Assembly (NCBI GenBank): GCA_963666285.1
Contig: OY762711.1
Origin: Sedimentisphaerales bacterium
Lineage (GTDB): Bacteria; Planctomycetota; Phycisphaerae; Sedimentisphaerales; SM23-30
DNA: 64,000 nt
Strand: one strand, 5' to 3'
The notes below the pieces were generated by a model that ran no database searches, was not told the DNA's origin, and saw only the letters and a program-made list of their open reading frames with translations. How positions within the stretch are numbered: the stretch's first letter is position 1; each line of letters begins with the position of its first letter. The position numbers were made by a program, and so were the translations under genes. Of this stretch, positions 10,645 through 20,465 are shown in pieces.

Positions 10645-10677
10645 AAAAAAAACCTCCCGATGAACTCGGAAGGTTTT
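10645..10677 (-). terminator. Intrinsic terminator of the GT4-GH57 operon
   Basis: A8-CCTCCCGA-tgaac-TCGGAAGG on the + strand, which reads as hairpin + U run on the - strand. Confidence 0.75.
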
Positions 10678-10710
10678 GATTTATCTTATTTGAAGATGAT
10701 CGAAGGTAAG

Positions 10711-11922
10711 CTAGTTTGCTTCCAGCATTTCAACTTCGCTGCCGATTGCGGCACGACATCGGGTACGCAGGTTGTCCAGTACATTCATATAGTTTATATA
10801 TGAATCGTATGGGCTGTCGTACGGGTTGAAGTACTTATGCACGTCACCATCTGAGAACCACTTGGTACACATATAGTAGAAGTGGTCAGAAGTTTGCAGC
10901 TTACGCCAGTCTTCGATAATCTCAGGATCTTCGGTTTTCTTAACGATGTTTTCAAACTTATATATTTCGTGCAACGAGTTTGACTGCATCGCGTTACCCA
11001 GCCACGCCGAAAGGTCACGTTCCATATCGGCCCAGCTGATCATGTATGGCACGTGGATATCGCCAACTGATTCAATGGTATCGATAACTTCTGATGGAGT
11101 TTTGAAGTTATTGTCTTGGTTCCACATGACTTTTTCCGGTAGATGATCCAGAAAATCAAATATGCCGGTATCTTCCCACTGATGCTCACCGATTGTCTCA
11201 TAATCCATAAACAGGTTTACGGTATAGCCGTTTCCGTTTACATGCGAAACCCAGTCTGCGAATTTCTCGGAGCTGAGCGGCCATTCCGGCCAGTCGCGGT
11301 TGGAAAATCGGAACGCAATATCATCGCTCAGGCGATAATTTTTGGTGAGAAGCTTGATCCCGGGATTTCCTGGTGGATGATACACATAGTTCGGACTGCG
11401 ATAACCCATTATATGGTCGGCGCCTTCACAAATTATGCCTTTAAAACCTTTTTCGTTCATGACATAGGCCAGGTCATCGTTATAAATCAGCTCTGTGTTG
11501 CGGAAAACTGTTGGAGTTACTCCAAACAAATCCTGCATTTTTTTGCGATGCAGCTCTACCTGTTCTGAAAATTCCTGACGTGAATATAAAAATGACAGAC
11601 TATGATAGTACGTCTCGTTTAAAAATTCAACGCAGCCGGTTTCTGCCAGGGCGTGGAATGTACTCATAACTTCAGGACAGTATTTCTCGAACTGGTCGAG
11701 CGCTGTTCCGGTTACACTGTAAGATATACGAAACCGGCCTTCGTGACGACGAATAAGGTCCAGCATCAGCCGATTGGCTGGCAGGTAGCACTTACGTGCA
11801 ACTTTTCGACATATCTCGCCATTTTTGTAATCGTCAAAGTAGTTGTGATCTGTGTCAAAAACACTATACCTTCTTAGCCTCCATGGTTGGTGAACCTGGA
11901 AGTAAAAACAAACTGATGCCAT
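10711..11922 (-). CDS. Glycoside hydrolase family 57 (alpha-amylase-like)
   Basis: FQVHQP, ETYYHSL, FRNTELIY, LFMDYETIGEHQW, QTSDHFYYM motifs. Confidence 0.93.
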   Translation of the reverse strand: MASVCFYFQVHQPWRLRRYSVFDTDHNYFDDYKNGEICRKVARKCYLPANRLMLDLIRRHEGRFRISYSVTGTALDQFEKYCPEVMSTFHALAETGCVEFLNETYYHSLSFLYSRQEFSEQVELHRKKMQDLFGVTPTVFRNTELIYNDDLAYVMNEKGFKGIICEGADHIMGYRSPNYVYHPPGNPGIKLLTKNYRLSDDIAFRFSNRDWPEWPLSSEKFADWVSHVNGNGYTVNLFMDYETIGEHQWEDTGIFDFLDHLPEKVMWNQDNNFKTPSEVIDTIESVGDIHVPYMISWADMERDLSAWLGNAMQSNSLHEIYKFENIVKKTEDPEIIEDWRKLQTSDHFYYMCTKWFSDGDVHKYFNPYDSPYDSYINYMNVLDNLRTRCRAAIGSEVEMLEAN

Positions 11923-12045
11923 AATTATATACCCTTCATAGTTGAATTAGCCCGCGAGAGCATGGTATAAATAGTTACATGAAACATACAAGCGTTAGGA
12001 CTCTCAAGCAAGAGGTGTATGATTCCTTTTCTTATTTCCTTAATA

Positions 12046-13404
12046 CTAATGTGCTACTGCCACTAGCTGATTATAAACGTCAATACATCTTTCTGCAGAC
12101 TGTTTCCACGAGAACTTCCTCATCTCATAGTTGCCATATTCTCGTAAGGTACTCTGCAGAGGCGGATGCCGCAAAACGGCTATTATTTTGTTAGCCATTT
12201 CGTTTACATCCCAGAAGTCAACCTTCAATACGTGGTTGAGTACTTCTGAAACTCCTGATTGTTTACTTATTAATACTGGAACATCATTTCGCAGAGCTTC
12301 AAGCGGCACCAGGCCAAAAGGCTCTGAAACCGATGGCATAACAAATAGGTCTGCCATACGAAATACTCTGTCAACGTCTGCTCCGCGTAAAAAGCCGGTG
12401 AACAATACCTTATGGCCGATACCATATTCGGCGGCCATTTCTATCATGCGGCGGGCCATATCGCCCGATCCTGCCATAACAAATTTTACATTTTCAATGT
12501 GTTCCAGCACTTTGCGAGCTGCTGCGATAAAGTAATCCGGGCCTTTTTGCATCGTGATGCGACCCAGGAAAAGGACTACCTTTTCATCTGACTTGATCGG
12601 TGCTTCTACATCGTTGAAAACTGTTTTGCCACTTTTATCGATAGCATTATATACTACTGTTACTTTTTCATCGGCAATACCGTATCTGCTCAGTAGTATA
12701 TTTTTGGTAAACTGACTTACCGAGATAATCGCATCGGCACAATGCAGTCCCTGACGTTCAATATCATAAACTACCTGGTTTACATTCTCGCCGCTGCGGT
12801 CAAATTCAGTTGAATGAATATGAACTACCAGCGGTTTGCCTGATACCGCGGCAACTGCCAGCCCGGCAGGGTAAGTCATCCAGTCATGAGCATGAATAAC
12901 GTCGAATTCTTCCTGGTGAGCAATTAAGGTTGCCAGGCGTGCATAACGCTGGATCTCCTTATACAGATCTCCTTCATAATGACCGCCGCCGGCGCCGCTT
13001 TGAGTAGTGTCAATAGTAAATGATCTGCCATGTTCCAGCATAGCTTCACGCATGATTTCATTTAAAAGCTTGCGGTTTTTACTCTGTACGGCATGGCTGT
13101 ATGTCTGGGAATCCTGGTAAGGTTGGATAATTGAATCTATAGTCCGAAAAGAGACATGCTCAAAATCCTTGATATGCTTCATCTCTTTTTCCGAGAAAAA
13201 CTCTTCAGCTGACCATCTTTCAATGTTCTCAACTGAATTTGCCATTTTTACGTGGGAAGAGTATTGAGCCGGTACTGGACGGGGCAGGACAAACACTATC
13301 TCCTGACCTTCCTGGCTCAATGCGCGGGTTAGGCCGTAGCAGGCTGTCCCCAACCCACCTGATATGAATGGCGGAAATTCCCAGCCTAGCATCAGTATCT
13401 TCAT
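12046..13404 (-). CDS. GT4 glycosyltransferase (glycogen/alpha-glucan synthase-like)
   Basis: MLGWEFPPFISGGLG, HAHDWMT, GRITMQKG, PSVSEPFGLVPLEA. Confidence 0.92.
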   Translation of the reverse strand: MKILMLGWEFPPFISGGLGTACYGLTRALSQEGQEIVFVLPRPVPAQYSSHVKMANSVENIERWSAEEFFSEKEMKHIKDFEHVSFRTIDSIIQPYQDSQTYSHAVQSKNRKLLNEIMREAMLEHGRSFTIDTTQSGAGGGHYEGDLYKEIQRYARLATLIAHQEEFDVIHAHDWMTYPAGLAVAAVSGKPLVVHIHSTEFDRSGENVNQVVYDIERQGLHCADAIISVSQFTKNILLSRYGIADEKVTVVYNAIDKSGKTVFNDVEAPIKSDEKVVLFLGRITMQKGPDYFIAAARKVLEHIENVKFVMAGSGDMARRMIEMAAEYGIGHKVLFTGFLRGADVDRVFRMADLFVMPSVSEPFGLVPLEALRNDVPVLISKQSGVSEVLNHVLKVDFWDVNEMANKIIAVLRHPPLQSTLREYGNYEMRKFSWKQSAERCIDVYNQLVAVAH

Positions 13405-13943
13405 AAGTCATTTTCTCCGTAATGGATATTGTTTTGTATAACTGTCATTGACTGATATTTTGGGGCCAACTTCCCTTTTTCTTTCCGTCCGCCTCTGGTG
13501 CTACCAAATCTGAAAATAACTCCTCAAATTTATGTTATCCTCAGAAAACAGACAAAACAAGTTAAAAATCTAAAAAAAAGAGACTAATGTAATTTTAATG
13601 TTTCTATTTTTAGTGCATTAATTGCTTTGCTGGTATCAAAAGAATCGGCAAAAACATATACAAATATTAATAAATTTGTGATTTATTCCTGTTTTTGCTG
13701 ACTTTGAATGATTATAGCAACTAAATGCTAAAAAAAGTCAATGTTTTAGTACGAAACTGGGGCTTCTTACTCTAATGGCAGGCCCTATTTTTGACCAAAA
13801 TAATTGTTTAAATTCGGACCTTACTAAAGTATCATACACGTTTTGTGCTAAATAAAGACAGATAACTAATATGGCTGTATAATCCAATGCCTTAGCACTA
13901 TAATATAGTTAATTGTAACTTAATTAATATACAGGAAATTAAA

Positions 13944-15899
13944 ATGGGTAAAACGCTAACATATAAAATACTGGAAGCTCACCTGGTTGATGGTGAACTC
14001 AAACAAGGACAGGAAATTGGTATTCGCATTGATCAGACAATAACTCAGGATGCGACTGGCACAACTGCTATGCTTCTATTTGAATCTATGGGGATTGATA
14101 AAGTAAAGACTGATTTGTCAGTAAGTTATGTTGATCATAATACAGCCCAGTTTGGCCCGGAAAACCATACTGACCATCTGTATTTACAATCAGCAGCCCG
14201 CAAATACGGCATATATCACAGCAGACCGGGCAATGGAATCTGTCATCAGGTGCATCTCGAACGCTTTGCCAAGCCAGGTGCTACCCAGCTTGGCAGTGAT
14301 AGTCATACCCCGACAGCCGGCGGAGCAGGTGCGATAGCAATTGGTGCCGGTGGTTTGGATGTTGCCGTTGCGATGGGCGGCGGAGCTTTTTATATGACCG
14401 CTCCCAAGGTAATTGGTATTAAGCTGACCGGCGAGCTGGCCCCCTGGGTTTCAGCAAAAGATGTTATCTTGAAAGTACTTAGCATTCTTACTACCCAGGG
14501 TAATGTTGGCTGTATTGCCGAGTATTTCGGGCCTGGCGTTGCAACTTTGTCAGTTCCTCAGCGTGCTACAATTACTAATATGGGTGCTGAACTGGGTGTG
14601 ACAACCAGTGTGTTCCCGTCAGATGCAAGAACAGCTGACTTTATGGCCGCTCAGGATCGGCCTGCTGACTTTATGGCGTTGGAAGCTGACCTGGATGCCG
14701 AGTATGACAGGGTTATAGAGATAAATCTAAGCGAACTGGAGCCGTTATGTGCTGCCCCCAGCTCGCCAGACAACATAAAAACGGTTGCCGAGTGCAAACA
14801 GCCTATCGGTCAGGTGATAATCGGGTCATGCACAAACAGCAGTTATCAGGATTTAATGATCGTAGCGGAAGCTCTTAAAGGCCAGACAGTGCATAGCGGC
14901 GTAGAACTCGGCATAGCGCCGGGCTCTAAACAAGTGATGTCTATACTGGCAGGAAACGGTGCTCTGCAGCAAATGATTCTGGCGGGGGCGAGAATACTCG
15001 AAAGCGCCTGCGGACCATGTATCGGACAGGGGCAATCACCTGCAGAGGGGGTAGTAAGTGTCAGAACATTCAACCGGAACTTCAAGGGACGTTCCGGCAC
15101 CAGGAATGATCAGGTATATCTGGTAAGCCCGGAGACAGCTGTTGCCGCTGCCTTGACTGGCGAGTTATCTGATCCGCGTGAACTGACCGAAAAACTTGGT
15201 GTCAAATATCCGGAGATAGCCGAACTGAGAGATTTTCCGGTCTATGACAATATGATTGATGTGCCGGAAGAAGATGGCTCTGATGTTGAAGTAATTCGCG
15301 GCAGTTCAATTGTAACTCCGCCTGCGGCTGAAGTTCCGGCCGATGATCTTGCCGGTAGTGTTCTGCTGCATTGTGGTGATAAGATTACGACAGATCATAT
15401 TATGCCTGCCGGTTCACTATTGAAATATCGTTCGAATGTTCCTGAATATGCGAAGTATGTATTTAATTGTTTCAGTGAAGAAGGCAAACCGACTTTTGCC
15501 GATCGTGCACTGGAAGCGAAGAGCCAGGGTGTTGGTGGTGTGATAGTTGCCGGTAGCAGTTACGGCCAGGGTTCCAGCCGGGAGCATGCCGCGTTATGTC
15601 CGATGTACCTGGGTGTGAAGCTGGTAATTGCCAAGACAATGGAACGTATCCATCGTGCTAACCTGGTGAACTTCGCGATTTGCCCGGCAGCTTTTGTCAA
15701 TCCGGCTGATTATGATAAGATAAAGCAGGGCGATAAGCTGTCAGTCAAAGGTTTTGCCGAAGCGATCAAGTCTAAAGGCACATTTATGATCAAAAATATA
15801 ACTTCAAATTTCGAGTTTGAATGTAAGCTTGAACTCAGCGACCGTGATCGTGAGATCCTGATGGCCGGTGGTAAGCTGAACTATACAAAGAACAGTTGA
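13944..15899 (+). CDS. acn: Aconitate hydratase (single-chain ~650 aa type)
   Basis: QDATG, GICHQVH, DSHT, IGSCTN, ACGPCIG, TTDHI, GSSREHAA. Confidence 0.92.
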   Translation: MGKTLTYKILEAHLVDGELKQGQEIGIRIDQTITQDATGTTAMLLFESMGIDKVKTDLSVSYVDHNTAQFGPENHTDHLYLQSAARKYGIYHSRPGNGICHQVHLERFAKPGATQLGSDSHTPTAGGAGAIAIGAGGLDVAVAMGGGAFYMTAPKVIGIKLTGELAPWVSAKDVILKVLSILTTQGNVGCIAEYFGPGVATLSVPQRATITNMGAELGVTTSVFPSDARTADFMAAQDRPADFMALEADLDAEYDRVIEINLSELEPLCAAPSSPDNIKTVAECKQPIGQVIIGSCTNSSYQDLMIVAEALKGQTVHSGVELGIAPGSKQVMSILAGNGALQQMILAGARILESACGPCIGQGQSPAEGVVSVRTFNRNFKGRSGTRNDQVYLVSPETAVAAALTGELSDPRELTEKLGVKYPEIAELRDFPVYDNMIDVPEEDGSDVEVIRGSSIVTPPAAEVPADDLAGSVLLHCGDKITTDHIMPAGSLLKYRSNVPEYAKYVFNCFSEEGKPTFADRALEAKSQGVGGVIVAGSSYGQGSSREHAALCPMYLGVKLVIAKTMERIHRANLVNFAICPAAFVNPADYDKIKQGDKLSVKGFAEAIKSKGTFMIKNITSNFEFECKLELSDRDREILMAGGKLNYTKNS

Positions 15900-15930
15900 T
15901 AGATTTATAATCTCATCAAATGAAAAATTC

Positions 15931-15965
15931 AACTCCGTTGTGAATAGCCGCAGCGGAGTTTTTTT
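15931..15965 (+). terminator. Intrinsic terminator
   Basis: AACTCCGTTG...CAGCGGAGTT + T run after aconitase. Confidence 0.8.
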
Positions 15966-16168
15966 ATGAGATAAGGTCCGATATTCTGGCGGAAAATAAC
16001 TATTTTCTGTGTAATGGTCCAATAATTACAGCTGTTATAAGTTATAAATTACCTAATTTTACTTTCTGTATTTTAAATATTAGTATTCATAGATAGAATT
16101 GTCCGATTTAAGATTAAGTAACAGCATTTAATCTTAATGCCATTTTGCCAGAACAAGCAGGAACCCTC

Positions 16169-17230
16169 ATGGATAAATATACCAAACAAGTTCTATCTAC
16201 TATTTATAATCTTCTTGAAGAACAAAAGCAGAAAACGGGCAGTTGCAAGTCGACAATAACAGATATTGCTGAGTTTCTTTCAGCAGATCTGGCACGTCCG
16301 ATCAAAACTATTCCTCTGGTTGATAATCATAAAGACTGGGTTGACTATGGGCTGCTTGCCGATGTGGATGAGCTTCCGGTAAATTACCAGGCAGGCTTAA
16401 GATTGTACAATGCTGTTAAGGATCGTGAGAGCTACAAGGATATCCTGGAAATCATCCAGAGTGATAATGTAATGACACTTCAGTTGTGCAAGCTGCTTAG
16501 AAGTCCGATTTATGGTTTTGTCGATAAGGTAGTAAATCCGGAAGATGTCAAGTTTCATCATCTGGTTCATATATCAGAAAAAACACTAAAGCAGCTGGCG
16601 GTTAACGGAATATTTCGTAAAGGTAATTTCAGCTGTGCGACATTTTGTTATAACAGGTTTTCTCAGTTGGCGCTTGCCAGGGCAATAACTGCAAAAAATA
16701 TTCGCCAGATGGATATATTCAGTGATTGTATATTTTCTGATGATGAAATGTACCTGCTGGGGTTTGTTGCTCACGGTGGGCAATTGGCATTCGCATATCA
16801 TTATCCGCAACATTACAGTAAGTTGCTGGAAAAGTATGGTAAAGGTTCATGGCGTGTTCTGGCAGAGGCCGAGCGGCTTGGTTTTGGTATAAATCATTGC
16901 GAGCTTGGCAGGCTTATGCTCCTAAAGAGCGGGTTTCCTGAAAGTGCGGCAATGGTGATAAAGAATTTATATTACCATCCTGACAGGTTTCCGGATGACA
17001 GCCTGGCGAAAATGGAACTGGAACAGTTGCAGAAAGCCCGGTTTATTATCCGCTGTGGAAATGCACTGGCAAATCATATGTTTGGTAACCTGGACAGCTA
17101 TAAGCCGGAGATCGAAGAACTGTTTCCAAAACGATCTTCACATTACGGACTGACAGAAGCAGAGCTGCTTAGGATGAAGTCCAAGATGTCAGAAGAGTGG
17201 AAGGAAATGAAAGAGACACTGGTAGCTTAG
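16169..17230 (+). CDS. HDOD-domain signalling protein (divergent)
   Basis: IIQSD..MTLQLCKLLRSPIYG, YLLGFVAHGGQL, E..GFGINHCELGRLML...FP; ATG at 16169 preferred. Confidence 0.75.
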   Translation: MDKYTKQVLSTIYNLLEEQKQKTGSCKSTITDIAEFLSADLARPIKTIPLVDNHKDWVDYGLLADVDELPVNYQAGLRLYNAVKDRESYKDILEIIQSDNVMTLQLCKLLRSPIYGFVDKVVNPEDVKFHHLVHISEKTLKQLAVNGIFRKGNFSCATFCYNRFSQLALARAITAKNIRQMDIFSDCIFSDDEMYLLGFVAHGGQLAFAYHYPQHYSKLLEKYGKGSWRVLAEAERLGFGINHCELGRLMLLKSGFPESAAMVIKNLYYHPDRFPDDSLAKMELEQLQKARFIIRCGNALANHMFGNLDSYKPEIEELFPKRSSHYGLTEAELLRMKSKMSEEWKEMKETLVA

Positions 17231-17346
17231 TATCAAAGAAAAACAGAGCCTGCTTCTTGAAATGTATTGGCTTGTTGCAATGTGTAGATAAAAAATGCAT
17301 GAGCTATCAGAGATAACCCATGCAATACATTATTAAAAAATACTGG

Positions 17347-17967
17347 TTATTTTCCCATTCTCCTAAATCTGCCAGCCAGCCTTGTTCCAATACCGGCTAA
17401 CAATAATGCCCCCGGTGCTGGTACAGCAATGCTGCTAACTTCCACTACCCCATAAGCATAATCATATACGCCGGAAGCAGGCGGATTAACGATATCATGC
17501 CACATGCCACTAGCTCCAGCTTGATACCAATCGCTAACGAATACTCCACAAACACTTTCAGCATAGATATCCCAGGCTGAGTTTGTCGGTTGACCGTTAA
17601 GCCAGTTGGTATAGCTGCTGCTTTCTCCGCTGATCCATTCCCAGATATTATCCGGGTCAGTAGCGTAGTCCAGGTTCTGATATCCAATCCAAAGCGAACC
17701 GAAATCGGCATCTCCGTTTGCAGCTGTAAGCCGATCTACTACTGTTTGGGCAAATGAATTAAATACCCAGGCATCTTCACCGGCATCATTAATAGTTGCC
17801 AGATGGCCGCCCAGGGTGACAGCTTCAGCTTCGGCATCTGTCCAGGTAGATTGTTCGAGCAAATAATAAGTATGGCCGTTATAATATTCAGTTTGAATAA
17901 TATTAGCCTGCGAAGCTACTGCAAGGACAAAGATTAAAACCCCTGCAACAAAAATTCTTTTATACAT
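17347..17967 (-). CDS. C-type lectin domain protein with PEP-CTERM-type sorting signal
   Basis: Signal peptide; YNGHTYYLL..TWTDAEAEA...GGHLATIND, WIG, WEWISGE...YTNW..GQP; C-terminal VPAPGALLLAGIG...RFRR. Confidence 0.88.
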   Translation of the reverse strand: MYKRIFVAGVLIFVLAVASQANIIQTEYYNGHTYYLLEQSTWTDAEAEAVTLGGHLATINDAGEDAWVFNSFAQTVVDRLTAANGDADFGSLWIGYQNLDYATDPDNIWEWISGESSSYTNWLNGQPTNSAWDIYAESVCGVFVSDWYQAGASGMWHDIVNPPASGVYDYAYGVVEVSSIAVPAPGALLLAGIGTRLAGRFRRMGK

Positions 17968-18610
17968 ATATTCTTCCCTTTCAAACGAGGTCAGTAAAGT
18001 TATCCTCCCTTTCCTGATTTTTGACCCCCTAAAAAACCAGAAGGGTATCTAATATAACATCAAATATTTGCTGATAGTCATTCAGGTAGAATCAACACAT
18101 AAAATCACTCTGACTGGCTGCTGAGGAAAAACAGCCACAATAATTAAAACTATATGGAGCTTGCAGAATATAGTCAAATTCATATGTAGAAGAAAAAATG
18201 AGTACGGATGTGTTTTTCAATTCTGCCAAATCTGCAATGTCATATATTATAATCTTTTATACAACTATGCCTGTTTATATAGTTTATTCCACCTATACTA
18301 AAAACATAATTGTGCTTATGATAAAATAAGAGTAAAGCATATTCGCTGATATTGATTCAAAGGCGTCCTGTTTGGGGCATATGGGCATGATATAAAAATA
18401 AATTAAAAAGTAACATGTTTAACTTATTGTAAATATTGAACTTATTTAATCCTGGGCAAAATTGTCAATGAAATATAAATATTAATTAAAACCCCTTATA
18501 GGTGTACGGCGTAAAATTCCATAACATCTATTCGAGTTGAATTAGTTTCTTTCAGGGACACCCTTAAGGGTTGAAGTTACTATAATTAAACAGTCACGGC
18601 ATATTGCCGG

Positions 18611-19501
18611 ATGGAAGGAAATGATATGATTTGGGACAGGGTAAAGAAATCGGTAACAGGTTTTAACTATCGAGATGCTTTCGGTCAGCTGGATCAGATT
18701 CTCAGTGGCGATGCAACCCAGATCTCATCATTAGAAAAAGGGGAGATAGAATTACCAATCAAAAACCTGATTGTTGTTATGGTTCTTCTAGGAGTACTTT
18801 ATGGCATATGCATCGGGTCATTTAACCTATTACATCCTTTAGGGGAAGATGCCGTAATAACAATGGGTGATGCCTGGAAACAGCTTTTTGCCAGTATAAT
18901 AAAATTCCCATTATTATTTGTTCTAACATTATTTATTACCTTACCGTCACTGTATGTTTTTAATGCATTGGTAGGTTCGAGATTAAATTTCCTATCGGTG
19001 CTGAAACTCCTGGTAAGTTCTATTGCAATTATGTTGACCATACTGGCGTCATTAGGACCTATAGTTATTTTCTTTTCATTATGCACCACCAGCTATCATT
19101 TTATCCTGTTGCTTAATGTTGTTGTTTGCAGTGTTGGTGGTTTTCTGGCTTTGGCTTTTTTACTAAGGACGCTGCATAGACTGATTTTAGCACAGGATTT
19201 ATTACTGCCGGCCGGGTTAGTAGTAAATGAAGTGTACGAAGACAATGAGACAGATAAAGATAAAACCGGTAAGAAATCAAATAAGCTAAGTGCATTAGAA
19301 AAGTTTGGTCCGACAAATAAGAAAGCAAAAAATGTAATACGGATATGGGTGGTAGTGTTTGGGCTTGTTGGGGCGCAAATGAGTTGGGTTTTAAGACCGT
19401 TTATTGGCAGCCCTCATTCGCATTTTGAATTATTTAGAGCGAGAGAAAGTAATTTCTTTATGGCGGTATTAAATTCATTAATGAATTTACTTGGCGGATA
19501 A
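18611..19501 (+). CDS. Multi-pass membrane protein of unknown function (paralog 1, Yip1-like topology)
   Basis: About 5 hydrophobic segments; K.PLL..LTL.I.LPSLYVFN and GAQMSWVLRPFIG.P motifs. Confidence 0.75.
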   Translation: MEGNDMIWDRVKKSVTGFNYRDAFGQLDQILSGDATQISSLEKGEIELPIKNLIVVMVLLGVLYGICIGSFNLLHPLGEDAVITMGDAWKQLFASIIKFPLLFVLTLFITLPSLYVFNALVGSRLNFLSVLKLLVSSIAIMLTILASLGPIVIFFSLCTTSYHFILLLNVVVCSVGGFLALAFLLRTLHRLILAQDLLLPAGLVVNEVYEDNETDKDKTGKKSNKLSALEKFGPTNKKAKNVIRIWVVVFGLVGAQMSWVLRPFIGSPHSHFELFRARESNFFMAVLNSLMNLLGG

Positions 19502-19528
19502 TATATCGTTGAGTACAGGAGAAAATGG

Positions 19529-20185
19529 TTGCTGATAAAGTTAGCCGACAATATAATACGGGCAAAACCTGAAGTACTTGAGTCTGGTTCGACGAGACAA
19601 ACTCTGATTAATCTGGCAAAAGTGTTGTGCATGTCAGGGATGTTTTATGGCAGTGTAATGGGAAGTTTTGCCGGGATATTCGGCGACCGTTTTTTTCAGG
19701 TTATTTTTTCAGCGGTCAAGGTACCAATGCTTTTAATGGTAACTTTTGGTCTTAGTTTACCATTTTTTTATGTTCTTAATACACTCTATGGTTTGCGAGA
19801 TGATTTCAAAAAAGTACTCCGCAGCCTGCTGGCAACCCAGGCATGTGTTACAATCATTCTTATGTCACTCTCGCCATTAACAGCATTATGGTATATCTCA
19901 TTTGATAACTATAGAACGGCAATACTTGTAAACTTTATAATGTTTTCGTTTGCCGCAGGCAGCTCGCAGCTTGTACTGAAAAGATTTTATCGCCCTCTGG
20001 TTGAGTCTAATCCGGTACACCTGAAATTGCTGAGATTCTGGATAATCATATATGGATTCGTTGGTGTTCAGATGGGGTGGGTTCTGAGACCATTTATAGG
20101 TGATCCAAATTCACAGGTTCAGTTTTTTCGAGATGGAGCCTGGGGGAATGCATACCTGGAGCTGTTCAGAATAATTTTCCGATGA
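19529..20185 (+). CDS. Multi-pass membrane protein of unknown function (paralog 2)
   Basis: Shares KVPMLL...LP..YVLN and GVQMGWVLRPFIGDP with the upstream gene; start codon uncertain. Confidence 0.72.
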   Translation: MLIKLADNIIRAKPEVLESGSTRQTLINLAKVLCMSGMFYGSVMGSFAGIFGDRFFQVIFSAVKVPMLLMVTFGLSLPFFYVLNTLYGLRDDFKKVLRSLLATQACVTIILMSLSPLTALWYISFDNYRTAILVNFIMFSFAAGSSQLVLKRFYRPLVESNPVHLKLLRFWIIIYGFVGVQMGWVLRPFIGDPNSQVQFFRDGAWGNAYLELFRIIFR

Positions 20186-20190
20186 TATGG

Positions 20191-20463
20191 TTATTCGATT
20201 TTTCCCGAATTCTGTTTTTTTAATCTGTATATGGCAAAGGCGATTCCGACCAGGCAAAGTCCTTTCATAACCAGCAGCCACCATGGCCGCCACCAGGCAC
20301 CGGTCTGAACCTCGATGAAATCAGATATGCCAAATATAATAAAGGACACCATCAGCAGCAGGGCATCCGGGATACTTTTGCGGTAAAATAAAAGAAGGGT
20401 TGCCATAGCTATTATCTGCCAGACAACACCTTCTATATAATTGTATATTGTGTGCATATCCAT
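20191..20463 (-). CDS. Small membrane protein
   Basis: 90 aa, three hydrophobic segments, SDFIEVQTGAWWRPWWLL; 2 bp downstream of the GH97 stop. Confidence 0.65.
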   Translation of the reverse strand: MDMHTIYNYIEGVVWQIIAMATLLLFYRKSIPDALLLMVSFIIFGISDFIEVQTGAWWRPWWLLVMKGLCLVGIAFAIYRLKKQNSGKIE

Positions 20464-20465
20464 TG

